Shown here: positions 60,224-61,204 of the stretch, piece after piece | Layout: every line of letters starts with the position of its first letter | How positions within the stretch are numbered: the stretch's first letter is position 1 | NCBI GenBank assembly: GCA_022616195.1 | Contig: JAKEFG010000014.1 | Coordinates: 1 to 61,204, forward strand | DNA: 61,204 nt | From: Candidatus Wolfebacteria bacterium | GTDB lineage: Bacteria; Patescibacteriota; Minisyncoccia; Phycocordibacterales; EsbW-18 | Reading direction: 5' to 3' | Program-made: the position numbers and the translations under genes | The notes under the pieces: generated by a model | Told to the model about the DNA's origin: nothing | Database searches by the model: none | The model's input: the letters and a program-made list of their open reading frames with translations, nothing else

Positions 60224-60670
60224 CTACTTTTCTTTTCCCAAGTGTTTCTCGAGTACAATGAGTGCCTTCCGTGTCTCGGGGGTCAGGTCGTAATCAAGAG
60301 CTTCATCAGAAGTAACCCACGCCGAGTCGATATGTTCCTCGCTTAATTGTAGCTTTCCTCCAATAGATTTGCCGATTGAAAAAATAGATACATACGGCAT
60401 TCCCTCGTACGGACCCTTGTCTACAACATAACCGTCAACATACGCCATGTGTTCAGTCGGTTCCACAAGCAGTCCTGTCTCTTCCATTACCTCACGTTCA
60501 AAAGCGCGGTGCAGTTCCTGACCCTTGTCTAACTTACCGCCGGGGCATTCCCACAGACCGGGGTTGCGTCTGTCCCTTTCCGAGCGCCGTATAAGCAAAA
60601 AATGGTTTGCGGCGTCAAAAACAAAACCTCTACTTACCAAAAGTATTTGTGGTCGTTCGTGCTTATTCAT
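60224..60670 (-). CDS. NUDIX hydrolase
   Basis: Canonical Nudix box GGKLDKGQELHRAFEREVMEETGL. Confidence 0.85.
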   Translation of the reverse strand: MNKHERPQILLVSRGFVFDAANHFLLIRRSERDRRNPGLWECPGGKLDKGQELHRAFEREVMEETGLLVEPTEHMAYVDGYVVDKGPYEGMPYVSIFSIGKSIGGKLQLSEEHIDSAWVTSDEALDYDLTPETRKALIVLEKHLGKEK

Positions 60671-60675
60671 ACTCT

Positions 60676-60972
60676 TTATTTATCTTTCTTCATATCCAAC
60701 CTATCCAGCTTGAGTCCCTTGAAGACAAGGTAGACGACCGCGGCGATGATGAGAAAATCAAGGAGTGTGGAAATGAACGCGCCTGTTTGTACCACACCAA
60801 CACTCCAACCGCTCAATCCTTCCGACGAGCGCCAGATAAGCCCCACCAACGGATTGATTATATTGTCCACGAGAGACGACACCACGTCTTTTGAGGCGGC
60901 ACCGAGGATAAAGCCGATGGCAAGGCCCATCACTCCCTGTTCACGCACGAATTGTATGAACCCCTGTACCAT
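60676..60972 (-). CDS. mscL: Large-conductance mechanosensitive channel MscL (short form)
   Basis: 98 aa with FIQFVREQGVMGLAIGFILGAA and NIINPLVG. Confidence 0.85.
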   Translation of the reverse strand: MVQGFIQFVREQGVMGLAIGFILGAASKDVVSSLVDNIINPLVGLIWRSSEGLSGWSVGVVQTGAFISTLLDFLIIAAVVYLVFKGLKLDRLDMKKDK

Positions 60973-61204
60973 ATCACGACACTAATTATGAATAACCCAA
61001 CGAGTGACACGAGTAATCAAATTATACCACGGTTTTACGACAAGAACGAGGGCGTTTGGATGAAAAACCTTGCGGAGCGTCCGTGAGCACGGTGTCCGAC
61101 TTATTGAGTTAAAGGACAAAACGGGTTGCTATTTTTGATATACTACGGCTCTATTAAGAGCTAAAACCACAATTGAATACAATGAGATTTAAAAAACTGC
61201 CCAC

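Noticed and set aside
1-61204. Alternative genetic code (UGA as a sense codon, as in some CPR lineages).
   Set aside because: Conserved genes such as dnaX and the NUDIX gene end at TGA at the expected lengths. No conserved gene requires read-through of an in-frame TGA, apart from the three sites explained by single-G indels.

Overview
This is a 61.2-kb, gene-dense window, mostly coded on the minus strand. It reads like a streamlined chromosome segment of a Candidate Phyla Radiation / Patescibacteria-type bacterium. That placement is an inference from gene content only: ComEC is split into separate competence and metallo-beta-lactamase genes, DprA is present, transketolase is represented by an N-terminal half only, there is a 1347-aa tail-fibre-like surface protein, and several housekeeping proteins carry basic tails. 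The standard code 11 applies, because TGA terminates genes at their expected lengths.

I call about 60 protein genes. They include dnaX, dus, ftsQ-like, serS, dprA, topA, rel, parB, miaA, htpX, lemA, groES/groEL, secG, RNase J, a pentose-phosphate/glycolysis block (tkt-N, rpe, rpiB, gap), gatB, secA, gdh, rpsL-rpsG-fusA, rpmB, a PIF1-like helicase, a SWIM protein, M23 and SleB wall hydrolases, SOD, comEC and mscL. There are 3 tRNAs: Gln-TTG, Leu-CAA and Ser-GGA. I saw no rRNA, CRISPR array, transposase or integrase.

The unusual content is non-genic or sub-genic:
- A family of 32-nt palindromic elements (CTATTCTC.AATTC....GAATT.GAGAATAG) sits in-frame inside four conserved housekeeping genes (dus, ftsQ-like, miaA, rpe-like) and also in spacers. 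This resembles the Rickettsia palindromic element situation.
- Exactly 7-nt-periodic CTAG/TTAG arrays in at least 7 spacers place stop codons in all six frames. Two of them begin with the real stop codon of the upstream gene.
- A 40-46-nt GTATACCC..GGGTATAC hairpin family has 4 copies.
- An orphan unit on the opposite strand to all its neighbours combines a near-consensus promoter with about 270 nt of structured sequence and a terminator. It is a candidate ncRNA of unknown class.
- A 29-nt palindrome flanked by 8-bp direct repeats supplies the C-terminus and stop codon of rpiB.
- Three apparent frameshifts (miaA, a NUDIX gene, an M23 peptidase) are each explained by one extra G in a plus-strand G-run. 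I read these as technical indels, not pseudogenes.

All calls come from reading the sequence and the supplied ORF track. No database search was possible.
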